A stretch of DNA of 64,000 nt from Octopus vulgaris (taxonomy: Eukaryota): assembly GCA_951406725.2 (NCBI GenBank), contig OX597840.1, positions 5,208,001 through 5,272,000 of the forward strand. The letters are read 5' to 3'. Both the position numbers and the translations under genes were made by a program. This document shows positions 1 through 11,732 of the stretch, one piece after another. The notes under the pieces are model-generated. The model did not search any database. It was not told where the DNA came from and was given only the letters and a program-made list of their open reading frames with translations. Each line of letters opens with the position of its first letter. The first letter of the stretch is position 1.

Positions 1-29
1 CCCCCACACACACACCTGTTACTACTTAA

Positions 30-218
30 CAAGTGGTGTCAGTTTGTTTATGTCCCCATAACATAGCAGTTTGATGAAAAAAAACCCAAAACAATAGAAA
101 AAGCACCAGAGTTAAAAAAAAAAACTAGGCTTGATTTGTTTGACTAAAACCCTTTAAGGCATGGCTCCAGCATGATCGCAGTCCAATGACTGAAACAAGT
201 TAAAGATAAAAGATAAAA
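30..218 (+). mobile_element. SINE family A, degenerate 3' half
   Basis: Ends ctccagcatgatcgcagtccaatgactgaaacaagttaaagataaaagataaaa, matching the 3' tail of the full copy at 1568-1979. Confidence 0.75.
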
Positions 219-254
219 CTTTAGATTAAAAAAAAAACACACACAAGTGCCACT

Positions 255-835
255 TCATTAGATTGAACCTAAAACCACCTTGTTTGAAGCAAGCATGTTC
301 TGATTATATAGTATGTGTCTGCTTCTGTTTTTATTCATTCTCTTGGAACCTATTATTTTCTATACAAGAAGGCTTTTCAACGATATATTTATTCCCAATG
401 TACTCATCATTTTCTATTTTTTCTAAATTCCTTTCGCTTTCAATAGCAAATATTTAAATGCAGCTTGATACTGAAGAAGTTCCTATAATTATTGATACTT
501 ATTATCCTAGCTTTAGTATTTAGATCCTCTTTAAGTATTAATCTAATTATCGTAAAATATTCCCTTACAACCTTTTCCTTCCTTTGGCTCTGTTATGCTC
601 TATCCTACTCATTAATTCCTTATCATTACTAAGTAATAAGAGAAATGTCTCTTATTCCTGTTTCTTTATCTTAATGACTTTACTTAATCCTTCTTTCTCC
701 CTTCAATGGTTGCCTTGCACATTTTCCTAATCTGAAGTTTATGCCAATTTCTTTACTAAATCCTTGTACTCTCTGGAGCAGTGTTTCCGCTGAGTATAGA
801 TTAGCATATAATTTGAGGTCATCCATGTACAATTT
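255..835 (-). pseudogene. Decayed reverse transcriptase fragment of an RLE-type (R4/Dong-like) non-LTR retrotransposon
   Basis: Manual translation: LYMDDLKLYANLYSAETLLQRVQGFSKEIGINFRLGKCA (YMDD at 829-818), then KEKVVREYFTIIRLILKEDLNTKARIISIN; frameshifted. Resembles the R4/Dong RT motif LYMDDLKLYA..FS.DI.M.FG..KCA. Confidence 0.75.
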
Positions 836-1037
836 TAGATTTCCATAGTGCTTCTCTTCATATCTTGTTTATGAACCACAAATAAAGAATCAGTTTGTAA
901 GTTTATCTCACAGGGATTTGAACACAGAACCTAAAGAGCTGGAACAGAAAGTACAAAAACTACAAGGCATTAAAGATTCTACTGAATCACTACCCTTAAT
1001 GATGATGATGATGATAATAATAATAATAATTATTATT

Positions 1038-1248
1038 ATTTCTTTACTACCCTCAAGGGGCTAAACACAGAGGGGACAAACAAGGACAGACAGACGGATT
1101 AAGTCGATAATATCGACTCCAGTCCATAACTGGTACTTATTTAATCGACCTCGAAAGGATGAAAGGCAAATTTGAACTCAGAACGTTGCGGCAGACGAAA
1201 TACGGCTATGCATTTCGCCCGGCGTGCTAACATTTCTGCCAGCTCACC
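1038..1248 (-). mobile_element. SINE family B copy
   Basis: Reverse complement matches the + copy at 39751 (gagctggcagaaa..ttagcacgccgggcgaaatg...cctttcatcctttcg..gtcgat); embedded in (AAT)n. Confidence 0.8.
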
Positions 1249-1567
1249 TAATAATAATAATAATAATCTTTTCTTCATTGGCTACAAGGGCTAAACCCAA
1301 AACAAAACAGGATAAGTGGGGCTTAGCAAAATATATTTGTATAAAATAAAATAAAACAATAACAATTAGCAATAAGAATTAAACAATAAAATTCTGTAAA
1401 AGTGTTGAGTTCTTCCCAGGGCCAACCAAGGAAGCCCACTCATCCTGGTTATCCCAACCACTGAGGGAAATAAGGATAACAACAACAACAACAATAATAA
1501 ATGACATCAATAATCTTTTGTCTATTGGCCACAAGGACTGAATACAGAACAAAAATGGACAATACAG

Positions 1568-1979
1568 AGGCGCAGGAGTGACTGTGTGGTAAGTAGCTTG
1601 CTTACCAACCACATGGTTCCGGGTTCTGTCCCACTGCGTGGCACCTTGGGCAAGTGTCTTCTACTATAGCCTCGGGCCGACCAAAGCCTTGTGAGTGGAT
1701 TTGGTAGACAGAAACTGAAAGAAGCCCGTCGTATATATGTATATATATATGCGTGTGTGTATGTGTTTGTGTGTCTGTGCTTGTTCCCACCCTCCCAACA
1801 TCGCTTGACAACCTAAGCTGGTGTGTTTACGTCCCCGTAACTTAGCAGTTTGGCAACAAGAGTCCAATAGAATAAGTACTAGGCTTACAAAGAATAAGTC
1901 CTGGGGTCGATTTGCTCAACTCAGGATGGTGTTCCAGCATGGCCGCAGTCAAATGACTGAAACAATTAAAAGAGTAAAA
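1568..1979 (+). mobile_element. SINE family A, full-length (tRNA head, CORE-like segment, internal microsatellite, LINE-like tail)
   Basis: A-box-like TGACTGTGTGG, B-box-like GGTTCTGTCCC, ccttgggcaagt, internal (TA)/(TG)n, tail ccagcatggccgcagtcaaatgactgaaac..aaaagag; about 15 copies or fragments in the window. Confidence 0.88.
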
Positions 1980-2009
1980 CATCCCAAAGGACATTTGGGG
2001 CTTAGCACA

Positions 2010-2320
2010 ACCAGCGCCATTATTACCAACTATGAGAAAATGTATTCCAGATATCATCTTCCCATGAAGCATGATGCAGTGACCAGAAGAGTCTGGAACA
2101 GGATAACAAAAAAGAGAATACCAACAAAGTCGATCATATTGAGACCATTGGGTCAAAAGAATATTGAAGGAACTTAATAATTAAGACAACCATTAAGTTA
2201 AAACACAACTGACCAGGTACTGCTGTGTGTGACCATAAAGAAAAACATATGTTCTGTTGTGGAAATCAGCTGCCATCTGGACATAAATGTGGTTAGAAAA
2301 ATACAATGCTAAGGACCTTT
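2010..2320 (+). pseudogene. Decayed C-terminal zinc-knuckle/restriction-like endonuclease region of an R4/Dong-like retrotransposon
   Basis: IITNYEKMYSRYHLPMKHDAVTRRVWNRI ... TIKLKHN*PGTAVCDHKEK ... CSVVEISCHLDINVVRKIQ resembles the HIIS.C..Y..RHD.V / HNKPDIV.WD..K.C.VVEISCP.D.N pattern. Confidence 0.6.
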
Positions 2321-2377
2321 GATAAGGAGTTTTTCAAAGATATGTTTTCTGCTTCATCTCTATACTGGTTGGTTGGT

Positions 2378-2672
2378 TGGGACCCCTCTTCGGTCATGAC
2401 TGACCGTGGATTTGCACCTAGAAAGTTACCCTCCCTGGCACAAGTCTGGGCAAGATTGTTTATAGAAGACCACCAGTGTTATCCAAGGGAAAGGCAAAGG
2501 GGCCGATACAGCTTGGCACCTGTGACATCACAACTCATTTCTGCAGCTGAGTGAGTTGGAGCAATGTAAAATAAAGTGTCTTGCTCAAGAACACAACACG
2601 CAGCCCGGTCCAGGAATCGAACTCACAACCTCACGATCATAAGCTCGATGCTCTAACCACTGAGCCATGCAC
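2378..2672 (-). mobile_element. SINE family C (tRNA head plus CORE-like ttgagcaagacactt segment)
   Basis: Reverse complement ggtgcatggctcagtggttagagc...gagttcgattcc; homologous to 17741 and 35546. Confidence 0.82.
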
Positions 2673-2679
2673 CTTCACT

Positions 2680-3050
2680 TCTATATATATAAACGGCAAA
2701 ATGTCTGTCTGTGTGTGTGTCCTTTATACAAATCCACAATTTTTCAGTTAGAGAGCTCGCACTTTCTATGGTCATTCAAAACCATCCAAGGGTGGTCGTG
2801 CAAATCTTTACATTTCCCCAGTCAACCAGCAAAGCCATTAAAAAATCAATAGAAGTGACTTTTTTGTGAATTTTCTATCCAAAACCCAATCAAAATGCCC
2901 GAAACTTGATACGCCAATTGAATGCCAGCTAGCTGTATGTGATTGGTCGGCGATTTGTACAGTACTCGCATGTATGTGCGCATGCACGCAGCTGTATATG
3001 CATGCACTAGCACTATGACCGGGCGTATCGATCACAACAGCTGATGTACT
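2680..3050 (+). mobile_element. Helitron-like non-autonomous element, 5' part
   Basis: Starts TCTATATATATAAA followed by (TGTC)/(TG)n, like the other Helitron 5' ends here; no 3' CTAG hairpin found. Confidence 0.5.
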
Positions 3051-3089
3051 TGCATGTACAAATGCATTTTCCCACGGCTTTATCAATCG

Positions 3090-3253
3090 CGAACTCACCT
3101 GGAATCGATTTTTGTAATTTTTTCAAGACTTATAAACGCCTTGATACCGTCGGTATCAACATATCGAATTTTAGTGCAATCGGATTGAGGATGCCCGAGA
3201 TCCTAGAAGACACACACACACACAGACAGACAGAATGGATTTTATATAATAGA
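3090..3253 (-). mobile_element. Helitron-like 5' fragment
   Basis: Reverse complement begins TCTATTATATAAAATCC..tctgtctgtctgtgtgtg..ccgattgcactaaaatt. Confidence 0.5.
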
Positions 3254-3765
3254 CTAGCAGTATCTCCCGGCGTTGCTCGGGTTTGTAGGGAAATAACTAT
3301 ATAAACATTTTTAGAGAGTTACTTGCCTTATAGATGCCAATTCGGGCTTTCTTAGCCATTTCTGTTTTGGTGTCTTCAAGCCATGAAGTCGTTGTTCTAA
3401 AAGAACGCTGGTCTCCTTGACAACGCTTTACGACGTTGATTTCCTTACACTCCCTTCCCCACAGCTTCACGAGGGAGGGAAGAAGGGGGAGAAGCAAACA
3501 GGTGCAGGTGTGACCATGGACGCCAACTCCGCTGCCATCGACACACGAAAAATTATGCATTAAAATGGAATAAAAAATTATGTTAAATTATTTTTAAAAT
3601 CGTAGACTCATCATAGACGCGCGTTAATACTCAGACGGGCTCGATATGAATCTCGACTATAAGATACCCGAATTTGGTTAAACTGCACCGCAAAATGTGG
3701 GAGTAGTTAGGAATCTAAATCGAAGGGGACAGACACTCACACAACTACAGTTTTATATATATAGA
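3254..3765 (-). mobile_element. Non-autonomous Helitron, complete
   Basis: Minus strand A|TCTATATATATAAAA ... subterminal hairpin cccgagcaacgccggg ... CTAG|T; no TSD; homologous to 21735-22135. Confidence 0.85.
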
Positions 3766-3835
3766 TGTATGAATATATGTATGTATGTATGTATGTATCT
3801 ATCTCTCTGTCTCTACACACATATATACATACATA

Positions 3836-4049
3836 TTTACTCTTTTACTCTTTTACTTGTTTCAGTCATTTGACTGCGGCCATGCTGGAGCACCGCCTTT
3901 AATCGAGCAACTCGACCCCAGGACTTATTCTTTTGTAAGCCCAGTACTTATTCTATCGGTCTCTTTTGCCGAACCGCTAAGTAACGGGGACATAAACACA
4001 CCAGCATCAGTTGTCAAGCAATGCTAGGGGGACAAACACAGACACACGA

Positions 4050-4086
<37 letters not shown>

Positions 4087-4270
4087 TATATATATATACA
4101 TATATACAACAGGCTTCTTTCAGTTTCTGTCTACCAAATCCACTCACAAGGCATTGGTCGGCCCGAGGCTATAGTAGAAGACACTTGCCCAAGGTGCCAC
4201 ACTGTGGGACTGAACCTGGAACCATGTGGTTGGTAAACAAGCTATTTACCACACAGCCACTCCTGCGCCT
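3836..4270 (-). mobile_element. SINE family A, full-length
   Basis: Reverse complement of the 1568 family with (ttttactc)n tail; an older 5'-half copy follows at ~4306-4450. Confidence 0.88.
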
Positions 4271-4635
4271 ATGTATATATATGTGTGTGTGTGTGTGTAT
4301 AAGATAGGCTTCTTTTCAGTTTCCATCTATTAAGTCCACACTCAAGGCTATAGAAGAAGATACTTGCCTAAGTTGCTGCACAGTGGGACTGAACCCACAA
4401 CCATGTGGTTGAGAAGCAAGCTTCTTACCACACAGCCACGCCTGCACCTTATGTTTATATTTTCTTACATCTTCATCATTCTCATTCTCTGGCAGCTTTC
4501 TGACTGGTTTCAGGTGTCGCCAGAAAAATCGATTAGAATCGCAGGAATTGGAATAACATGAAGTTAACCATTTACTTCAGTCGTATTCCACAACAAAACA
4601 GAACAGAAGAAGCCTGTTGATGCTTCTCTTTGGTT

Positions 4636-4723
4636 ATGAAGTGGCTTAAGTTTGGGGTCGGCTTTCTCCTGATAGTTTTTTTAACCGCCTTATATCACCG
4701 ATGGAAGAATTCTTGTGTTTTCG
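4636..4723 (+). CDS. Candidate first coding exon with signal peptide or signal anchor
   Basis: Unique island after pyrimidine tract plus CAG (4494). ATG frame MKWLKFGVGFLLIVFLTALYHRWKNSCVF. The phase-1 donor G|gtagca is weak; alternative phase-0 donor ACG|gtaaag at 4752. Confidence 0.3.
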
Positions 4724-4859
4724 GTAGCACTAACGTAAATATTGGTTTAACGGTAAAGACGGAATGAAGAGAGAGTTGGATTCTAGCATCTTTATTATTC
4801 TATCTTTGATCGTTCACAGATTTGGTGGTTTTGCTAATAGTAACAATGTTGTTGTTAAT

Positions 4860-4862
4860 ACA

Positions 4863-4903
<41 letters not shown>

Positions 4904-4945
4904 TTGTGTGTTAGTATATATGTATGCAAATGTGTGTACATATGC

Positions 4946-4984
<39 letters not shown>

Positions 4985-5236
4985 AGTACATATGCATGTT
5001 TGTGTGTGTGTATATATATATATATGTGTGTGTGTGTTATTATGTATGTAGTGTAATTATATACACATACATGTGTGTATATATATGTATATATGTATAT
5101 ATGTATGTTTGTGTATATGTTTATGCATATATATGTACATAAGTTTGCAAGTGTGTGTGTGTGTACATATGTATGTGTGTGTATATATATATATATATAC
5201 ATATACATAAATATATAGATATATATGCATACATAC

Positions 5237-5267
<31 letters not shown>

Positions 5268-5302
5268 AAGAGAACAAAGTGTACGTACGCTGCTATATAT
5301 AT

Positions 5303-5347
<45 letters not shown>

Positions 5348-5411
5348 CATACATATATATATATATATACATACATACATACATACATACATACATACAT
5401 ACATACATACA

Positions 5412-5484
<73 letters not shown>
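4860..5484. repeat. Compound (AT)n/(GT)n/(TACA)n/(AG)n microsatellite
   Basis: Direct inspection. Confidence 0.95.
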
Positions 5485-5559
5485 TAGCTTAAAAGCTGCC
5501 CGATAGTGTGGCTTTTAAGCAACTGACCCTGAATGGGAAGATCTGCAAACAGATCTCTT

Positions 5560-5700
5560 ACTTTATTTACATTATTTACATTCGCCGGATATTTGTCCTC
5601 ATCTTGTTTGTTGTTAACACAATGTTTCAGCTAATATACCCTCCAGCCTTCTTCAGGTGTCTTGGGAAATTTCGAACCTGGGTTCTCATTCCTAAGGGTA
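5560..5700 (-). mobile_element. Body of hammerhead-containing SINE/PLE-like repeat (head missing)
   Basis: Near-identical to 6298-6435; hammerhead-like core at 5616-5661. Confidence 0.7.
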
Positions 5701-5701
5701 T

Positions 5702-6035
5702 ATCATCATCATCATCATCATCATCATCATTTAGTGTCTGCTTTCCATGCTAGCATGGGTAGGACGGTTCAACTGGGGTCTGGAAAGCCAGAAGGCTGCA
5801 CCAGGCTCAGTCTGATCTGGTAATGTTTCTAAGGCTGGATGCCCTTCCTAACGCCAACCACTCCGTGAGTGTAGTGGGTGCTTTTTACATGCCACCGGCA
5901 CAGGTGCCAGACGAGGCTGGCAAATGGCCATGATCAGATGGTGCTTTTTACGTGCCACCAGCACGGGGGCCAGGCGAGGCTGGCAACGGCCACGATCGGA
6001 TGGTGCTTTTTATGTGCCACCGGCACGGAGGCCCG
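5702..6035 (-). mobile_element. Interspersed retroposon family E with (GAT)n tail, RTE-like 3' end
   Basis: (cat)n-ttagtgtctgctttccatgctagcatggg...ggatgcccttcctaacgccaacc; internal ~61-bp tandem unit; other copies at 9778, 63598 and a stub at ~62090. Confidence 0.75.
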
Positions 6036-6257
6036 TCGGATCTAAAAGCTAATTCCAAGAGTAAATTTAAAAACATTCCAGGCTGAATCCAGACCTGCAA
6101 TCCTGAAATTCTGGATTCCTATGTTTTCATTACTGCGATTGTTTTTGGCAATTTTTTTTTACACGATTTTTGCAACGAATATGATCACCATTGGGATATG
6201 ACTCATGACTCTGGAGGAAACAAATGCCACAAATTCTCCAAAACAAGTCAGAGATCT

Positions 6258-6442
6258 ATACAGTTCTATATTTAAGAGATGAGGAATTATGTGCACTATT
6301 TACATTATTTACATTTGACGGATATTTGTCCTCATCTTGTTTGTTGTTAACACAACATTTCAGCTGATATACTCTCCAGCCTTCTTCAGGTGTCTTGGGG
6401 GAAATTTCGAACCTGGGTTCTCATTCCTAAGGTATTTTTTTA

Positions 6443-6473
<31 letters not shown>

Positions 6474-6557
6474 GTTATTGGTCAGGTTACTGCTTGGAAT
6501 CGAACTCGGAATCTTGGGGTTCGTAGCCCGCGCTCTTAACCACTATGCCATATGCCC
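6258..6557 (-). mobile_element. tRNA-headed SINE carrying a hammerhead-like motif
   Basis: Reverse complement: gggcataTGGCATAGTGGttaagagcgcgggctacgaacccc..gaGTTCGATTCc, (AAT)n linker, then gacacCTGAAGAaggctggagagtatatcagctGAAAtgttgtgtt. Confidence 0.72.
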
Positions 6558-6844
6558 ATGGGAATATGTTCAGTATGTTTGCAACAGGAATTTCTGTCAA
6601 AGCAACTTGGTTAAACAAAGTTGTACATCACCTTCCTATTTCTCTCACCTTTCTATTTCCTCTCTTTCTCTCCCTCTCTTTTTCTTTGTATCTCTCTCTC
6701 TGTCTTCACCACTGCCATCACCATTGCTATGCCTACTATATTACTCTCACCCCATCATGAGGAATAGTAGGAGTGTCATTGAATAGTGAGAGGGGGGGGG
6801 TTAAGTGTGACACACTGACACACAGAAATTTGTTTTTGCATTTA

Positions 6845-7143
6845 TTATATTAGATATATATGTGTGTGTGTGTGTGTGTGTGTATGTGTGTGTGTGTATG
6901 TATATATATATAAATATAGATGTACGTGTATATATATACACGTACATCTATATTTATATATATTTATATATGTGTATGTATGTATATATATATAAATATA
7001 AATGTACGTGTATATATATATACATACATACATACATACATATGTATATATACATATGTATGTATATATATATGTGTATATATATATATATATATACACG
7101 TACATCTATATTTATATATATATATATACATATATATACATAT

Positions 7144-7184
<41 letters not shown>

Positions 7185-7300
7185 GATAGACAGATAGATA
7201 GATAGATAGCTGCATATATTTGTGGTGTCCTGTACTCATATATGCATGTATATATACATATAGATGTAGGTATGTACATATATCTATGTATGTATGCATA
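6845..7300. repeat. Compound (TG)/(TA)/(CA)/(GATA) microsatellite
   Basis: Direct inspection. Confidence 0.9.
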
Positions 7301-7855
7301 TGTTTTATTTGTTAAATTGTTATTATATATATTATATATAGTTATGGTATATTCCATTCAGAATGTAGTAGGGTACAGTATAAAGCTTGTCCAAACTTCA
7401 GATTTCGTCTTGTACTATCCAGTACTAGTATTTATGTACTTCCAGGTTTGTGTTTGAGCATTTTTTAATTATGTGTGTGTTTTATTTTTTAAATTTTGCT
7501 CGGCCATGCTGGGGTACCAACTTGAATTTTAATTGAAATTATCGACCTCTGTACTTTTTGTTCTTTGAAAAGCCTTGTACTTATTCTATTGGTCACACAT
7601 ACATACACACACATACATGCAAACATACATACATGTATACACACTCATGATCAGCAAAAATCTACGAAAGTAACTCAAGGCCTGATTGATTCACAAGTTT
7701 GATGAGTGGCATGCATGAAACTTTCAGAATGACATGTGCGAAACTCACGGAATTTCATAAATGAAACTCTCACCATAACCTTAACACTAAGTCTATCAAT
7801 TAAAAACTAATGTATATTTTTACAATTATATACATGGAGATACATATGTATGTGT

Positions 7856-8140
7856 GGAGGCGCAATGGCCCAGTGGTTAGGACAGCGGACTCGCGGTTGT
7901 AGGATCGCGGTTTCAATTCCCAGACCGGGCGTTGTGAGTGTTTATTGAGCAAAAACACCTAAAAGCTCCACGAGGCTCTGGCAGGTGGTGGTGATCCCTG
8001 CTGTACTCTTTCACCACTCTTTCTTCTATTGGCCTGCTTGCTTAGCCAGCGGGGTGGCGTCATTCGAAGGCTAAAACAATGCAAACGCATTGTGACCAGC
8101 GATGTGTTACTACATCTGATGGACTGGTCGGTCACGTGAT
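7856..8140 (+). mobile_element. tRNA-derived SINE family D
   Basis: ggaggcgcaaTGGCCCAGTGGttagg...GGTTTCAATTCC head, then ttgagcaaaaacacct; single copy in window. Confidence 0.65.
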
Positions 8141-8577
8141 CACATATGTATGTACATTTAAATGCATGTTTGACTGAATGTATGTATGTGTGCATGCATT
8201 CATGCATGTATGTATACATGTATGTCAGAAGCTACTTAGAAAGCAAGCCATTATATCTGACTTAAGGGAAATAATGGGTGGTGGAGCTGGACTTGCATTG
8301 AGGATGGTAGAAGCATTTGGCTGAGTCAGATCTGATGCAACAAAGTAAGTACTGTTGCACAGGAGTTTGTCACCTACCTCTGTAGATGGCCTGAAACAGG
8401 TCTGGTGGAAAGGGCTTAAAAATTTACAGAGCAGCTTCACCACTTGATTAGACTTTGACTCTTGCAAATGGAGTTGAATTACAGCAGCAGCCTCAGCACA
8501 CAAGTGTTTATGTGTGTGTGTTTATGTATATCTAAAACGGGATGCTGGTATAGTCCAGTGATTAAAAATTTTGTTTT

Positions 8578-8960
8578 AAAATCAACTTGTGTTTCCCTTT
8601 TCTTTCAACTTCCAAATATACCCTGAAAGTGCTGTGGTGTTTCTCTCAGTGGTGATGATTTAGAGAACAGACTTATGTAGATATATATTACATAAGATTA
8701 ATACACATATTAATACATACAATACATAATTATATATACACTTATATATATATGTGTGTATGTAATGTGAAAATCAACTTGTGTTTCCCTTTTCTTTCAA
8801 CTTCCAAATATACTCTGAAAGTGCTGTGGTGTTTCTCTCAGTGGTGATGATTAAGAGAACAGACTTATGTAGATATATATTACATAAGATTAATACACAC
8901 ATTAATACATACAATACATAGTTATATATACACTTATATATATATATGTGTGTGTAATGT
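8578..8960 (-). repeat. Tandem duplication (~192 bp x2) containing a Penelope-like endonuclease fragment
   Basis: Units start aaaatcaacttgtgtttccc at ~8578 and ~8770; minus strand reads TTERNTTALSEYIWKLKEKG, like the PLE GIY-YIG ST.LS.YIW.LK motif. Confidence 0.65.
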
Positions 8961-9054
8961 GTATGTGTGTAGAGAGAAAGAGAAAGAGAGAGAGAGAGTG
9001 AGGGTATATACACCCATATATTTGTGTAATGCTATTTTCTGATTATATTTACAG

Positions 9055-9195
9055 GAAAGACAGGTCAGCTAAAATCCAAGAGTTTGCTGAATCTTAACGA
9101 AGGTGACAGGCACCCTAAGTTTACCCTGCTTCAACGGGTAGGAGAACCTGTTTATAAAAAGGCTGTCCTGATGGAGAATGAAAACGACGAAACAG
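9055..9195 (+). CDS. Candidate internal coding exon (141 bp, phase 1-1) of an unidentified host gene
   Basis: Acceptor gattatatttacag|, donor CAG|gtgaga; the only open frame is (G)KTGQLKSKSLLNLNEGDRHPKFTLLQRVGEPVYKKAVLMENENDET. Confidence 0.6.
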
Positions 9196-9294
9196 GTGAG
9201 ACCATTGTTCTGTCTCTAATTTTTTAATTTTAGTTCCTCTGGTCATTTGGTCATTCAGTCCATCGGTCATTCTTGATTTCTTTTTTTTTTTTTT

Positions 9295-9495
9295 TTTGCT
9301 TTTGTTTGTTTCAGTCATTTGACTGCGGCCATGCTGGAGCACTGCCTTTAGTCGAGCAAATCGACCCCGGGACTTATTATTTGTAAGCCCAGTACTTATT
9401 CTATCGGTCTCTTTTTACTGAACTGCTAAGTGACAGGGACATAAACACACCAGCAACGGTTGACAAGCAATGCTAGGGGGACAAACACAGACACA

Positions 9496-9576
<81 letters not shown>

Positions 9577-9738
9577 GACAGGCTTCTTTCAGTTTCTGTC
9601 TACCAAATCCACTCACAAAGCATTGTTCGGCCCAGGGCTATAGCAGAAGACACTTGCCCAAGATGCCACGCAGTGGGACTGAACCCGGAACCATGTGGTT
9701 GGTTAGCAAGCTACTTACCACACAGCCACTCCTGCGCC

Positions 9739-9739
<1 letters not shown>
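9295..9739 (-). mobile_element. SINE family A, full-length
   Basis: Homology to family; followed by a family E fragment (9778-9921) and a second SINE A 5' half (9955-10097). Confidence 0.88.
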
Positions 9740-9777
<38 letters not shown>

Positions 9778-9919
9778 CATCATCATCATCATCATCGTTT
9801 AACGTCCGCTTTCCATGCTAGCATGGGTTGGACGGTTCAACTGGGGTCTGGGAAGCCCGAAGGCTGCACCAGGCCAGTCAGATGTGGCAGTGTTTCTACA
9901 GCTGGATGCCCTTCCTAAC

Positions 9920-9956
<37 letters not shown>

Positions 9957-10234
9957 GACAGGCTTCTTTCAGTTTCCGTCTACCAAATCCACTCACAAGG
10001 CATTGTTCGGCCCGGGGCTATAGCAGAAAACACTTGCCCAAGATGCCACGCAGTGGGACTGAACCCGGAACCATGTGGTTGGTTAGCAAGCTACTTACCA
10101 CACAGCCACTCCTGCGCTTTTTGCTTTTAAATTTAAAATGGCTTTGGCATAGTCATAACACTGAAGAATTGGTGGGTTATTTAGTACTTTTTCAGTGGTT
10201 CGATACCTGGGCCAGTTTTAAGCCAGTTACATAT

Positions 10235-10278
<44 letters not shown>

Positions 10279-10280
<2 letters not shown>

Positions 10281-10497
10281 GGGTGTGTTGAAAAGTTCCT
10301 GGCTTTGGGTAAAAGAAAATGGAAAAGGATCAGTTAATTATGATTTTATTCAACATATTCCCCTCTCAGGTTCACACACTTACTGCAGCGGTCCTTCAGT
10401 TTTTCTAAGCCATGTGAAAGAACTTGGTGGGGTTGGGCCTCTAACCTGGGCTTTTGCGATACCCTAAAAGCCAGGAACTTTTGAGCACCCCTTCGTA
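10279..10497 (-). mobile_element. Mariner-derived MITE (~215 bp)
   Basis: TIRs gggtgtgttgaaaagttcctggcttt / aaagccaggaacttttgagcacccc; interior encodes a transposase C-terminus LEKLKDRCSKCVNLRGEYVE. Confidence 0.75.
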
Positions 10498-10631
10498 TGT
10501 GTGTGCATGTTTGTATGTGAATATATATATATATAAACATTATTATATCTAAATCTTTCAAAGAGAGATATTCAGGAAAATTTTTTGCTGTAATTAATTA
10601 ACACCTGCACATCTTTGTTACTCATTTACAT

Positions 10632-10923
<292 letters not shown>

Positions 10924-11205
10924 ATTGTATATAAATAAAAGGAGCAGGCAACAGTAATGCCCTTTTATTTATATACAATATTTATATACAATATTTATAT
11001 ACAATTTATTTATATACAATATATATACTGAACTTTACAGAAGTTCCTACCATTAATTGGTTATATTTACATACCGAATTCTACCAATAAATAATTGTTG
11101 GTTTTTTTAAAAAACCTTTATAGAAATTATTTACTCTTATTATTATATTATCTATATATATACATACATCCCTTACATGTTTCAGTCATTGGTTGTTTTG
11201 GTAGC

Positions 11206-11207
<2 letters not shown>

Positions 11208-11270
<63 letters not shown>

Positions 11271-11301
11271 CATCATTATTATTATTATCGTTATTATTAT
11301 C

Positions 11302-11338
<37 letters not shown>

Positions 11339-11397
11339 GTAGTAGTATTAGTAGTAGTAGTAGTGACTGTGGCAGTGGTCAAAATGATGGTGGTAGC

Positions 11398-11431
<34 letters not shown>

Positions 11432-11730
11432 ATAATAGTAGCAGCAGTAATAGCAGTTGTAGTATTAATAGCAGCAGCAGCAGCAGTAGTAGTAGTAGTT
11501 GTTGTAGTAGTAGTAGTAGTAGTAGTACTGGCTGTACTAGTAGTAATATTAGTAATACTAGTAGTAGTGGTCGTAGCAGCAGCAGCAGTTGTGGTGGTGG
11601 TGGTGGTGGTGGTGGTGGAGAGCAGCCACAATAGTTGTGTCAGTATTTTTCGTTGTGGTGGTAGTACTAGTGGTGGTACTGGCAGTGGTGGTGTAGGTTG
11701 GTTGTGACTGTGGTGGTAGTAGTGGTCATG
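11208..11730. repeat. (ATT)n/(AGT)n/(AGC)n/(GGT)n trinucleotide tract
   Basis: Direct inspection. Confidence 0.9.
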
Positions 11731-11732
11731 CT

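Noticed and set aside
6485-6557. Functional tRNA gene (also the heads at 1568, 2672, 7856, 17741, 35546)
   Set aside because: A/B boxes are present but I could not build full cloverleafs, and each runs into a repeat body; these are SINE heads.
10925-11015. Terminator-like hairpin with tttatatacaata repeats
   Set aside because: Eukaryotic AT-rich low-complexity context; probably slippage or foldback debris.
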